Virus record (IMG/VR): IMGVR_UViG_3300043753_000018
Location: 1 to 52,851 of that record
DNA length: 52,851 nt
DNA from: a virus
Taxonomy: Duplodnaviria > Caudoviricetes
Direction: 5' to 3' (one strand)
Below are positions 43,890 through 52,724 of this stretch, piece after piece. How positions within the stretch are numbered: position 1 is the first letter of the stretch; each line of letters begins with the position of its first letter. The translations under genes were made by a program, and so were the position numbers. The notes beneath the pieces are model-generated. The model was not told the origin of the DNA. It worked only from the letters and a program-made list of their open reading frames with translations, and made no database searches.

Positions 43890-44231
43890 TTGATGCCGCT
43901 CGACCCCGCCCGTGCCGCCGACGAGGCCATCCGCAAGCTCAACCACGCCACCATCGCCCCGAAGCGGCCGATCCCGGCCCCGGCCATCAGCGCCACCATG
44001 CAGGCCCTCGTGCACATGGTCGACCGCATGCCGCAGGCCCTGGAGCAGCTCGGCCACCAACTCCAGGTGGGCCTCACCGAGGACGCGATCCGCATGGACA
44101 CCGGCGAGCAGCCGGCCGCCCCCGTCGCCGAGGTCCTCGGCGCCCTGGACGACGCCGCCACTGCTCTCCGCGCCCTGTCGACCGCGCTCCACCGCGCGGC
44201 CTCGCCGTTGTTCCAGATGGCTGCCCAGTAG
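43890..44231 (+). CDS. Hypothetical helical protein
   Basis: AAGGAG RBS. Confidence 0.7.
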   Translation: MMPLDPARAADEAIRKLNHATIAPKRPIPAPAISATMQALVHMVDRMPQALEQLGHQLQVGLTEDAIRMDTGEQPAAPVAEVLGALDDAATALRALSTALHRAASPLFQMAAQ

Positions 44232-44306
44232 CCCACCAACACCCGCCCGGCACCGCGCCGGGCGGGCCACGGCCCCGTCATGACGCCCCCGAGAGAGGCC
44301 ACCGCA

Positions 44307-44858
44307 GTGAGCCAGCACCAGTACCACGACCAGGTCCGCCAGCAACTCGCCACCGCACAGGACGCCCTACGCGCAACCGAAGCCGAACGGGACAGCGTCT
44401 ACCGCGAACGCGCCCAGCTCCTCGCGTGGCTCGCCGCACTCCACCCCGCCGTCATCACGCCCGCAGCCGACGTGAACGAACCCGACTGGCAGATCCTCTA
44501 CCTGACTGCGGGCGGCCGACAGATGTCCTGGCACATCAGCCCCAGCGACGCCGAGCTGTTCAAGCGCGTGCCGCACGTGCCCGCCGACGACCCTCGGGCC
44601 CAGTGGGACGGCCACACCACGGCGCAGAAGTACGACCGCATCCGGCAGCACACCACCGTGGTCAACCTGCTGCACGGTGGGCAGCCGGTCGATCCCGCCA
44701 CCCGCGCCGGGATCGCCGAGGCCCGCGTCGCCGCCGTCCGGGCACTCGCCGCCGAACTCGCCGACGGCTGCCGCTGGAGCGCCAACGCACCCGCCATCGG
44801 CGAGGAGATCCTCGCGGCCCTCGACGGGCCCGCCGACGGGTCGTCCTGCCAGCACTGA
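44307..44858 (+). CDS. WDGH-motif protein
   Basis: YRER...QMSWH...WDGHTTAQKYDRI. Confidence 0.7.
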   Translation: MSQHQYHDQVRQQLATAQDALRATEAERDSVYRERAQLLAWLAALHPAVITPAADVNEPDWQILYLTAGGRQMSWHISPSDAELFKRVPHVPADDPRAQWDGHTTAQKYDRIRQHTTVVNLLHGGQPVDPATRAGIAEARVAAVRALAAELADGCRWSANAPAIGEEILAALDGPADGSSCQH

Positions 44859-44960
44859 CGCCCGTCACGGCCCCGCGCGCCCGATTCGGCGCTGCCCCGT
44901 TGATCAGGCAGAGGCGCGCGGTGCACTCGGCGCGCCCCCTGCTGCACGCCGGAGGCCGCC

Positions 44961-45668
44961 CTGAACACCGCACGCGCCCGACAGCACCTCCAGGTCATCC
45001 GCGACCACCTCGGCGACCTCCAGGCCGCCGTCCACTGCCCGCCCGCCCCCGTCTGGCCACCCCGCCAACTCTCCACCCACCTCCGCGCCCTGGCCGACGC
45101 CGAAGCCCGCGCCGAGCGCGCCGAACGCGCCGAGCTCGCCCTGGTCGACAAGCGCGCGCCGGCCAACCTCGACGCCTGGGAAGCGTGGGAGACCGTCAAC
45201 GACCTGCTGTTCGACCTCGCCGACGAGATCGCCGCCGAGGTCCAGATCCGCTATGACGCCGACGACCCGCGGTTGTGGCACTGGCAGCAGTCCCGGCCCG
45301 CGGGCGTCCACTGGGCCGCCGTCTACGTGGACGGCCGGCTCGAAGGCGTCGACCTCGACGGATTCCTCGGGCTGCCCGACTGGCTGATCGCTCACGCCGA
45401 CCAGGTCGCCGAGGACTGCGCCCGCCGCACGCTGGTGACACTCGGCCTCGACCGCCGGCACACGCCGATCCCCGGCCGCGGCTGCCCCTGGTGCCACCAG
45501 GAACTCACCCTCCACACCGGCCCGGACGAGCCGCCCACCGTCACCTGCCCGGCCGGCCCCCACTGCCAGGCACCCGTGCCCGTCGACCCGCGCACCGGCC
45601 GGCGCGTCTGGGACTGGCGCCACCTCCCCGCACTCCTCACCGCCCTCAACCGGCAGGAGGCGGCGTGA
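44961..45668 (+). CDS. Hypothetical protein with C-terminal zinc ribbon; probable CTG start
   Basis: GGAGG 5 nt before CTG; frame open and GC3-rich for 104 codons upstream of first canonical start; CPWC...CPAGPHC. Confidence 0.65.
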   Translation: MNTARARQHLQVIRDHLGDLQAAVHCPPAPVWPPRQLSTHLRALADAEARAERAERAELALVDKRAPANLDAWEAWETVNDLLFDLADEIAAEVQIRYDADDPRLWHWQQSRPAGVHWAAVYVDGRLEGVDLDGFLGLPDWLIAHADQVAEDCARRTLVTLGLDRRHTPIPGRGCPWCHQELTLHTGPDEPPTVTCPAGPHCQAPVPVDPRTGRRVWDWRHLPALLTALNRQEAA

Positions 45669-45724
45669 TCGACCCCACTGATCCGCTCGGCCACTTCGTT
45701 CCACCGAACTACTGGAGACTCCAG

Positions 45725-46033
45725 ATGAACGACAAGCAGCCGCCGCAGCCCGGGGACCGCGTCCGGGTCACCTACGAAGCGATCATGGACCACGTCAGCC
45801 CGAACGGCTGCGTCGTCCTCCTGCCAGGCGATGCCAAGGTCGCGCAGCGGTTCAGCGTGCTGCCCTCGGCCGCCATGGTGGAGACCCTGCCACCCCTGAC
45901 TCTGGCCGAGCGCATGGCCGCCCTGGCCGACGAGCTGGAGGAGAAGGGGTGCGTCGGCTACTACGACGCCACCCGCGATGCCGTTCAGCGGATCCGCGAG
46001 GAGCTGGCGGCAGCGGAACGGGAGCAGTCGTGA
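45725..46033 (+). CDS. Hypothetical protein
   Basis: GGAG RBS; QPGDRVRVTYE SH3-like start. Confidence 0.55.
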   Translation: MNDKQPPQPGDRVRVTYEAIMDHVSPNGCVVLLPGDAKVAQRFSVLPSAAMVETLPPLTLAERMAALADELEEKGCVGYYDATRDAVQRIREELAAAEREQS

Positions 46034-46542
46034 TCGAGCAGCAGCCCCGCCCCGGCGACATCGGCCTCACGACCATTACCGGCCCGGTCGGCACCGCGAT
46101 ACGCCTCGGCCAGTGGCTCAACGGCGACGGATTCAGCCAGTTCGAGCACGCGTTCGTGGTCGTCAGTGACACCGAGCTGGTTGAGGCGATGCCCGGGGGC
46201 GCCCGGATCGCCCCGCTGACGGAGTACGACGGCCGTCACGTGGCCTACGTCGCCCCGGGCAACCTGACCGACGGGCAGCGGATCCTGATCGCCGAGTGCG
46301 CCCGGCAGCTGGTCGGCACCCCGTACTCGTTCGCCGACTACGCCGCCCTGGCCGCGCACCGCTTCCACCTGCCCCTGCCCGGCCTCCGCCAGTACGTTGC
46401 CGACAGTAGGCACATGATCTGCTCCCAGCTCGCCGACGAGGCGTACCGGCGGGCTGGCATCGCGCTGTTCACCGACCGCCGCTGGCCCGGCTACGTGACC
46501 CCCGCCGACCTCTGGCAGCTGCTGGGCGGTGAGCAGCAGTGA
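46030..46542 (+). CDS. Permuted papain-like NlpC/P60 (YiiX/YebB-like) hydrolase
   Basis: PGDI...EHAFV...VEA...GTPY...MICSQL, with His preceding Cys. Confidence 0.8.
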   Translation: MIEQQPRPGDIGLTTITGPVGTAIRLGQWLNGDGFSQFEHAFVVVSDTELVEAMPGGARIAPLTEYDGRHVAYVAPGNLTDGQRILIAECARQLVGTPYSFADYAALAAHRFHLPLPGLRQYVADSRHMICSQLADEAYRRAGIALFTDRRWPGYVTPADLWQLLGGEQQ

Positions 46543-46997
46543 AGCCGACTCCAGTGGTCGTGCAAGTCGATGGCGGGCGGCCGATCACCGTGACGGTGGA
46601 CCACATCGTGCTCACCGAGGACCGCCCCATCATGTCGGTCGTGCCGCGTCTGCGGCTGGAGCTGGAGTTCCCGCTGACGCCGGAGTTCGCGGACTGGTGG
46701 CGCGCCCTCGTTGCCCCAGACAGCGGCGATCAGGCACCCGATCGAGCCGCCGAGCGGACGGTCAGCGCGTTCTGCCAAGCCGACGCCCACCTCGACTGCC
46801 GGACCGGCTGCCGCTGCTGGTGTCACTCGACCTGCGCCCACCTGATCCCGTACCTGGCCAGTGACAACTGCCAGTCGTGCGGGGCGACTCCGGAGGAGAT
46901 GGTGCCCAACCCGGCAGAACTCCGGCAGGCGAACGCTGAAGCGCGCCGACAGGCAGCCATCAAGGCGCGCCTTCGGGGCGGCGGTGAGCAGCGGTGA
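46539..46997 (+). CDS. Cys-rich hypothetical protein
   Basis: GTGA overlap; several CxC/CxxC motifs. Confidence 0.6.
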   Translation: MKPTPVVVQVDGGRPITVTVDHIVLTEDRPIMSVVPRLRLELEFPLTPEFADWWRALVAPDSGDQAPDRAAERTVSAFCQADAHLDCRTGCRCWCHSTCAHLIPYLASDNCQSCGATPEEMVPNPAELRQANAEARRQAAIKARLRGGGEQR

Positions 46998-47206
46998 GCT
47001 TCGACGGTCTGGGCCCGCTGCTGGACAGCGACGGCCCGTGGGAGACGGCGCAGTACGTCGGCCCGGGCAGCAGCACTGATTTGGTGGACCCGTTCGGCCT
47101 CATGGAGCTGGTTGCCTGGATCCCGATGCGGCGCCCGGCCGTGTGCCCGGGCCGGTCGTGTCTGCTGTACGGCACCGAGCACCAGCACACGGGGAGGCGG
47201 CGGTGA
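46994..47206 (+). CDS. Hypothetical protein
   Basis: GTGA overlaps. Confidence 0.5.
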   Translation: MSFDGLGPLLDSDGPWETAQYVGPGSSTDLVDPFGLMELVAWIPMRRPAVCPGRSCLLYGTEHQHTGRRR

Positions 47207-47547
47207 GCGGGACGGTGCACGTCCAGCTGTCCTGGGACTACTCCGACGAGCTGTTCGAGGGCTTCGACCCCCGGCCGCCGTCGTGGTGGGACCGGGATCC
47301 TAAGAAAGCTGCCGACGTCAGCGGTGGCCTGTACGAGGTGCCTGCCGATCAGGTCGCCCGCTGGGACGCCGCGGAGGACGCATGGCTCGCCGCCCGGGCG
47401 GAGATCCGGGCATTGATGGAGGCCCGTGCCGCCGAGCAGCGGGCCGAGCGTGAAGCACGGGAACGCCGCGAGGCCGAGGCCCGGGAGCGCGAGGAGCGGC
47501 GGCGGGCGGAGATCCGCCGGCAGCTGTACGGCGGGAGGCAGCGGTGA
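47203..47547 (+). CDS. Hypothetical protein with charged coiled-coil C terminus
   Basis: GGAGG RBS; GTGA overlaps. Confidence 0.6.
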   Translation: MSGTVHVQLSWDYSDELFEGFDPRPPSWWDRDPKKAADVSGGLYEVPADQVARWDAAEDAWLAARAEIRALMEARAAEQRAEREARERREAEAREREERRRAEIRRQLYGGRQR

Positions 47548-47969
47548 GCGAGCACCCGGCGGTGGAGTGGCTGCGGGAGGCGCACCAGCAGGCCGAGGAG
47601 CTGGCGCGGGCGGCCGGCGGCGACGAGTGGTCAACACACCCCCACGGGTGGCACCTGTCGGTGCGCGACGCCGGAGAACACCCGGTCGCGAACGTGCCGA
47701 TTCGGCTCCCGGGCGGGGACGACCACGGGACCGCCGGGCACATCGCGCTGCACGACCCTGCGGCAGTGCTGCGCCGAGTCGCGGCCGAGCGGGAACTGCT
47801 GGCCGCGCACCGGTCTGTCCGGGGGCAGGGCTTCGACGGGTACCGGTTCGTTGGGATCGACGCCTGTGCCAGTTGCGGCACTGCCGAGGAGTACGCCGTG
47901 CCGTGGCCGTGCCGGACGGTGCTGCTGCTCGCCAAGGCCTGGGGCTGGACGGAGGGCGCCGAGAGCTAG
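47544..47969 (+). CDS. DUF6221-like protein
   Basis: HIALHDPAAVLRRVAAER...WPCRTVLLLA. Confidence 0.7.
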   Translation: MSEHPAVEWLREAHQQAEELARAAGGDEWSTHPHGWHLSVRDAGEHPVANVPIRLPGGDDHGTAGHIALHDPAAVLRRVAAERELLAAHRSVRGQGFDGYRFVGIDACASCGTAEEYAVPWPCRTVLLLAKAWGWTEGAES

Positions 47970-48142
47970 TCCCGGGTCCAGTGCCACGGCGCTTCTTCTT
48001 TCCACTCGGGTTGGTTGTCGCGGCACGGGCAGATCTCGCGGCGACCACCGCATCCGTGAACGTCGCAGCAGGGATCAGGGCAAGGGTCGGGGCAGGTGTT
48101 GCTGAGGAAGTCATCCCAATAGCCGGGCGGCCGCGGGCTCAT
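47966..48142 (-). CDS. Small Cys-rich protein (7 Cys)
   Basis: GGAGG RBS; CPDPCPDPCCDVHGC...CPC. Confidence 0.5.
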   Translation of the reverse strand: MSPRPPGYWDDFLSNTCPDPCPDPCCDVHGCGGRREICPCRDNQPEWKEEAPWHWTRD

Positions 48143-48385
48143 TACTGCCTCCAGTTCGGACGACTTGTTGACGGGGACGTCCAGCGAGAGGCCACGGTAC
48201 AGCTTCAGGCAGGAGTACTGACGGCCGTCAACACCCGCTGACCAGCGTTGACTTGGCATCCGCGAGAAGTCGTGACGGACCGTCGCAAACCCTGCTAAAG
48301 TGCCCCGTACTACAACAAAAAACGGCCCCGCCGGGAGACTGGAACTCTCGCCGACAGGGCCTCACCAGAGGAGATCAGACCTCCC

Positions 48386-49309
48386 ATGGCTGTCGCACAC
48401 CCTAGCGCGACCAGCGGCCTGACGGCGCCCAGCCCCGTCACGACGCCCTCGCGCACCAAGAACCGGCGCCGCCGCCCCGCCAGCTACTGGCTCGCCATCA
48501 TCGCGGCCAGCGCCACCATCGCCCTCACCAGCGTCACCTTCTGGCTGTCGTACGAGGCGCTGCACGACCTCGCGGCCGGTCACCACCTGATCGGCGCCCG
48601 CGCCTGGGCGTGGCCCGCCACGATCGATGCGTTCATCGTCGTCGGCGAGGTGCTCATCCTCCGCGCGAGCCTGCTGCGCCGGATCGACTGGCTCGCCGTC
48701 GTCCTCGTGGCGCTCGGCTCGATCGGCTCGATCATCCTGAACATCGTGTCCGTGGGCGCGCACGTGGACGGCACCACCCGAGTGGTCGCCGCCGTGCCGC
48801 CGGTTGCCGCGTTGCTGGCGTTCACCGCGCTGATGAGGCAGCTCTACCGGGCCCTCGCCGCAGATCAGGAGGAGACGGACCCGAGTCCCGAGGAGTACGA
48901 GCTCGCCCGGGCCGAGGCGCTGGCGGCCGTCGCCGCGCGGATGCCGGCAGCGCCTGTTGCGCCCGTCATGACGCCCCCGCTGCCGCCGATGCCCGCCGCG
49001 CCGCCCGTGCTGCCGCCGGCGGCCCCGCAGCCCACAGCGCAGCAGCCGCCCGCGCCCGAGCAGCCCCCAGCCGGACCGCCGCCGATCGCCTACAAGTACG
49101 CGGCGTGCCAGGCCATCCGGCCGCTCTACGACGGCGGCTTCCGGCCCGGCACCGCCTCCATGCGCGCCGCCCTCACCGCCGCCGGCTACAGCGGCCCCAG
49201 CAGCGACGGCTACATCCGCGGCACTCTGCGCGCCGAGGTCGAGCAGCACGAGCCGCACCTCACCACGCTCCCGGCCGAGCCCGTCCAGCTCTTCGCCGCG
49301 ACCCCCTGA
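48386..49309 (+). CDS. DUF2637/SpdA-like membrane protein
   Basis: FWLSYEALHDLA...AWAWPATID...NI...AAVPPVA; four TMs plus Pro-rich tail. Confidence 0.8.
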   Translation: MAVAHPSATSGLTAPSPVTTPSRTKNRRRRPASYWLAIIAASATIALTSVTFWLSYEALHDLAAGHHLIGARAWAWPATIDAFIVVGEVLILRASLLRRIDWLAVVLVALGSIGSIILNIVSVGAHVDGTTRVVAAVPPVAALLAFTALMRQLYRALAADQEETDPSPEEYELARAEALAAVAARMPAAPVAPVMTPPLPPMPAAPPVLPPAAPQPTAQQPPAPEQPPAGPPPIAYKYAACQAIRPLYDGGFRPGTASMRAALTAAGYSGPSSDGYIRGTLRAEVEQHEPHLTTLPAEPVQLFAATP

Positions 49310-49314
49310 CCGCC

Positions 49315-49476
49315 GTGGACGCCCTCCTGTGGGCGATCCCCGCCGTCCTCGCGCTCGCCGCACTCACCCTTGCCGTCCTGCCCCGCCAGGACGCGGTGCT
49401 GATGCTGCGCGCCTTCGCCGGCCTGTGGATCGCCGCCCTCGTGCTCGCCCTCCCGCTGCTGCTCTCCAGGAGCTGA
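49315..49476 (+). CDS. Small two-TM protein
   Basis: Hydrophobic ORF in operon. Confidence 0.55.
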   Translation: MDALLWAIPAVLALAALTLAVLPRQDAVLMLRAFAGLWIAALVLALPLLLSRS

Positions 49477-49482
49477 CCCGCC

Positions 49483-49806
49483 ATGCCCCTCGACCTCGCC
49501 GCGCTGCGCCCCGCCTACAACGGCACCGCACTCCTCGCCTCCGCCGCTTTCACCGCCCCCTACTGGGCCCACGTCCTCACCAGCATCGGCACCACCGGCG
49601 ACGGCTCCGGCCCCCTCGGCGCCACCGCCCTCGGCCTCGCCGCCGCCGCGATCGCCGACCGGACACTCCGCTACCCGGACCGCGACGGACGGATCCACGA
49701 CCTGTGGCTGCCCCGGGTCGCACTCTTCACCGTCGCCCTCGGCCCGCTCTACAACCCGCACACCGCCGCCCTGATGCTCAACTTCCTCACCGGAGCCGCC
49801 TCGTGA
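49483..49806 (+). CDS. Membrane protein (spread-cluster type)
   Basis: AGGAG RBS; hydrophobic segments. Confidence 0.65.
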   Translation: MPLDLAALRPAYNGTALLASAAFTAPYWAHVLTSIGTTGDGSGPLGATALGLAAAAIADRTLRYPDRDGRIHDLWLPRVALFTVALGPLYNPHTAALMLNFLTGAAS

Positions 49807-50351
49807 ACGCCACCGTCACCCTCGGCGGCCTCGTCGTCGGCCTGATCCTGCTCATGCGCGAGTTCCTGCCCGTCGCCTGGCAGCTGGTCGGCAAGCGCGG
49901 CGGGTCCGTCAAGCTCGACAAGGGCGAGGCCCCCGCCAGCAAGGGCTTCGATGTCCGCGCGCACGCGCCGTTCCTCGGCGGCCTCGCCATCGGCATGCTC
50001 GCCATCTCCTCCCCGGGCGGCATCATCGGCACCACCGCCGCCCGGATCCTCGGCCTGTCCAACACGATCGGTGACAAGGCCCTCGCCACCGGCACCGGCG
50101 CAGCCAGCACCGCAGTCACCCGGCACGCCGCCGCGCACGTCACCCCGGCCGGCGCCGTCATCACCCTGCTGCTCATCGCCGGAGTGATCATCCTGCGCAA
50201 GAGCCTGCCCAAGCCCGCCCGCAAACAGTTGATCGCCGGCCTGTGGTGCGGCGCCACCCTCGGCCTGTCCTCCGGCGCCGCCGGCCTCACCGGCAGCGTG
50301 CTGATCCCAGCCGCCAACCAGCTCGGGGCAGCGCTCGGCGGTGCGGCGTGA
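49803..50351 (+). CDS. Multi-TM membrane protein (spread-cluster type)
   Basis: GTGA overlap; 3-4 TMs. Confidence 0.7.
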   Translation: MNATVTLGGLVVGLILLMREFLPVAWQLVGKRGGSVKLDKGEAPASKGFDVRAHAPFLGGLAIGMLAISSPGGIIGTTAARILGLSNTIGDKALATGTGAASTAVTRHAAAHVTPAGAVITLLLIAGVIILRKSLPKPARKQLIAGLWCGATLGLSSGAAGLTGSVLIPAANQLGAALGGAA

Positions 50352-50920
50352 AGGCGGGTTGGCGGGTCCGGCGCCTGGTCGACGGGTCCGCGGTCGTCGG
50401 CGGCCGCGTGCGCCGTGCGTTCATCCCGCTCGACGAGGACGGTGAGATCCGGCTGCTGGCCGCCGCGGCCCGGTGCGGCGTCGGCCTGTGGATCGGCAGC
50501 GGGATCTTCGGCGGTGCGCACCCGTCGCCGCTGCTGCTCGCGGCTGGCACCTGCGCCTGGTGCGTCGCCGCGTGGCGCGCCGAGCCCGAGGAGCAGCAGG
50601 AGCAGACCGAGGAGCAGGGCGCCGCCGGACCGGTGTACACCGACGCCGAGATCCACCAGGACGCCACCGATCGGCTGCGCGAGCTCATCGGCGACCGCAA
50701 CGGCGTCCACCTCAGCGTGGTGCTCGCCGACTGGCAGGCCCGGCGCTGGGTCGCCCCCGAGGTGACCGGGGCCGAGCTCGGCCGCCAGTTCCAGCGCCGC
50801 GGCATCCCCGTCCGCGCCTCGCTGAAGGTGTCCGGGAGCGTGGGCCCCGGAGTGCACCGGGACGACCTCCCGGCCGCCGCCGAACCCCTCCCCGAGGCCA
50901 CTTCCGTGGCCGCCGGGTAG
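50348..50920 (+). CDS. Membrane-anchored protein with C-terminal wHTH-like domain
   Basis: Two TMs, acidic linker, RNGVHLSVVL...LGRQFQRRGIPVR...GVHRDDL. Confidence 0.65.
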   Translation: MKAGWRVRRLVDGSAVVGGRVRRAFIPLDEDGEIRLLAAAARCGVGLWIGSGIFGGAHPSPLLLAAGTCAWCVAAWRAEPEEQQEQTEEQGAAGPVYTDAEIHQDATDRLRELIGDRNGVHLSVVLADWQARRWVAPEVTGAELGRQFQRRGIPVRASLKVSGSVGPGVHRDDLPAAAEPLPEATSVAAG

Positions 50921-50977
50921 GAGGTAGACGCGCAGGTCACAGCGCACCTACCTACCCCACCTACCTGACTACCTACC
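50916..50977. repeat. Cluster of CTACC/GGTAG short repeats
   Basis: ggtaggaggtag...acctacctacc-ccacctacct-gactacctacc. Confidence 0.65.
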
Positions 50978-50989
50978 CCTGGAGCGAAC

Positions 50990-51085
50990 ATGCGCCGCCT
51001 GATCGCCGCCCTGGCCGCCGGCATCTGCCCGCAGTGCGGATGGTGGGCCGAGCCCGGCCATCAGTGCCACCCCGCCGACCGCTGA
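50990..51085 (+). CDS. 31-aa Cys/His peptide
   Basis: GGAG RBS; CPQCG...HQCH. Confidence 0.4.
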   Translation: MRRLIAALAAGICPQCGWWAEPGHQCHPADR

Positions 51086-51222
51086 CCAACCCGCCCGCCA
51101 GATCCGCGACGGGTGCCGCGAACCAATTCGTGGCCCCCACAAGCCCGTTCGAGTGACAACGCGATTCGGGACGCGCGAGGATCGGCGCGTAGCCACGAGC
51201 CGCCAACCGAAGGGACCCCGCA

Positions 51223-51486
51223 ATGACGCCCACCGTGACCACCTTCCTGCTCCAGCAGCTGCTCGACAGCCCCGCCGAGAACCCCGTCCTGTACGTGAAC
51301 CTGGACGGCGACGAACCCGCCCTCGACGTGTGGGCCGGGGCCTACGTCTCGCACGGCGCTGTCGTCACGACCCGCGCCGACCTCATCGACTCGCTCGGCG
51401 ACGACTGGAGCAGCGACGACCTGAAGGACTGCGCGACTGACCTCCAGGAGACCGCCGACGAAGTCCTCGCCACGCTCGCCCGCTGA
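51223..51486 (+). CDS. Acidic hypothetical protein
   Basis: AAGGGA RBS. Confidence 0.65.
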   Translation: MTPTVTTFLLQQLLDSPAENPVLYVNLDGDEPALDVWAGAYVSHGAVVTTRADLIDSLGDDWSSDDLKDCATDLQETADEVLATLAR

Positions 51487-51514
51487 CACGCCGCCCCACC
51501 CCGCGACCGAACCC

Positions 51515-51548
51515 GCCGCCCCGGACCACTGCCCGGGGCGGCTCTTCT
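51515..51548 (+). terminator. Putative intrinsic terminator
   Basis: gccgccccgg-N8-ccggggcggc followed by tcttct. Confidence 0.6.
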
Positions 51549-51556
51549 GCGAGAGG

Positions 51557-51892
51557 ATGCGCCCCATGAGCGAGATCGTGGAGTCACCAGCCGGCCACGC
51601 CAGCGCGATCCTTGCGCTCGGCCGCCGCCTGGCCGAGCAGTACCAGCAGGACAACGGCGCCAGCTACCAGCTCGCCAGCCTCGCGCACCCAGTCGTCTGC
51701 AAGCAGGCCATGCAGGCGACTCAGGCCGAACAGGACTTCCACGCCAGGTGCCAGGCCCTCGGCGGGATCACCCCGGACGCTGCTCGGCAGATCCTGGCTG
51801 ACACCGTTGCCGAGGCCGACCAGCATGGGCTCCCGGCGGGCGAGGTCTGGGATCGGGCCTGGCAGCGTGCCATCGAGGAGAGCATGCGGTGA
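51557..51892 (+). CDS. Hypothetical protein
   Basis: GAGG RBS; overlaps next gene. Confidence 0.6.
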   Translation: MRPMSEIVESPAGHASAILALGRRLAEQYQQDNGASYQLASLAHPVVCKQAMQATQAEQDFHARCQALGGITPDAARQILADTVAEADQHGLPAGEVWDRAWQRAIEESMR

Positions 51893-52332
51893 CCGGCGAC
51901 CTGGTGACTTTCCTGCGTGACCGGCTCGACGAGGACGAGCAGGCCGCACGGGCCATGCCGTCGGGGCCCTGGAGGTGGAGCACGGTCGAGGATGGCGGCT
52001 GCGAGTGGGACAAGCTGACCGGCGCGGACGAGCAAGAGGTGCTCAGCTCCGGAGACGCTTCGAGCGATAGCTCCTGGATCCGCCGGCACGAGGCACTGGA
52101 CGCCTACCTGCACACGGTCGATCCGGCGCGGGTGCTGGACGAGGTCGACGCCAAGCGAAAGGCGCTCGCCCTCTACGAACGGGCCTCGGCGGACGCCGAG
52201 TCACCCGATCACCTGGTGGCCATGCCTGGCCGGGTCCAGTGCCTCGCGCTCGAACCAGTCTTCCGTCTGCTCGCGCTGCCGTACCGCGACCACCCCGACT
52301 ACCGGCCCGAGTGGGCGCCCCAGGGGAGCTGA
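51889..52332 (+). CDS. DUF6221-like protein (second paralogue)
   Basis: DLVTFLRDRLDEDE...DPARVLDEVDAKR...LALPYRDHPDYRPEW. Confidence 0.8.
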   Translation: MTGDLVTFLRDRLDEDEQAARAMPSGPWRWSTVEDGGCEWDKLTGADEQEVLSSGDASSDSSWIRRHEALDAYLHTVDPARVLDEVDAKRKALALYERASADAESPDHLVAMPGRVQCLALEPVFRLLALPYRDHPDYRPEWAPQGS

Positions 52333-52334
52333 TC

Positions 52335-52664
52335 GTGCCCTTCTTCCACCGCCGCCAACGGGCGCCCAGGGCCAGCCAGGTAGACATCCAGGTTCTCGAA
52401 CACGACGTCTACGGCGAGGAGCCGCCAGTAGGCAGCGCAGCCGCTCTCGTACTCGGCCTGCGCGCGTTGGGCGCGGCCGGGACCAGCAGCCGCGAGATGA
52501 TGCACGCCATGAGCGAGTGCACCGCCACCGGAACCATCCGCATCGGGACCGAGGACATCGTCGTCATCTGCAACCTGCGGCCACACGAGGGGGAGCAGCA
52601 CCACGACATCGTCCACGGCGACTGGAACGCCCTGCCGGACGGCCTTGACCAAACCGTGATCTAG
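52335..52664 (+). CDS. Hypothetical protein
   Basis: GGGAG RBS; C-terminal C...C...H...H. Confidence 0.55.
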   Translation: MPFFHRRQRAPRASQVDIQVLEHDVYGEEPPVGSAAALVLGLRALGAAGTSSREMMHAMSECTATGTIRIGTEDIVVICNLRPHEGEQHHDIVHGDWNALPDGLDQTVI

Positions 52665-52724
52665 CCTGCACACTGTCCCACGGGTGTTCAGCGTGCCCAG
52701 AAACCGCTGAGAACCCCGAGAATG

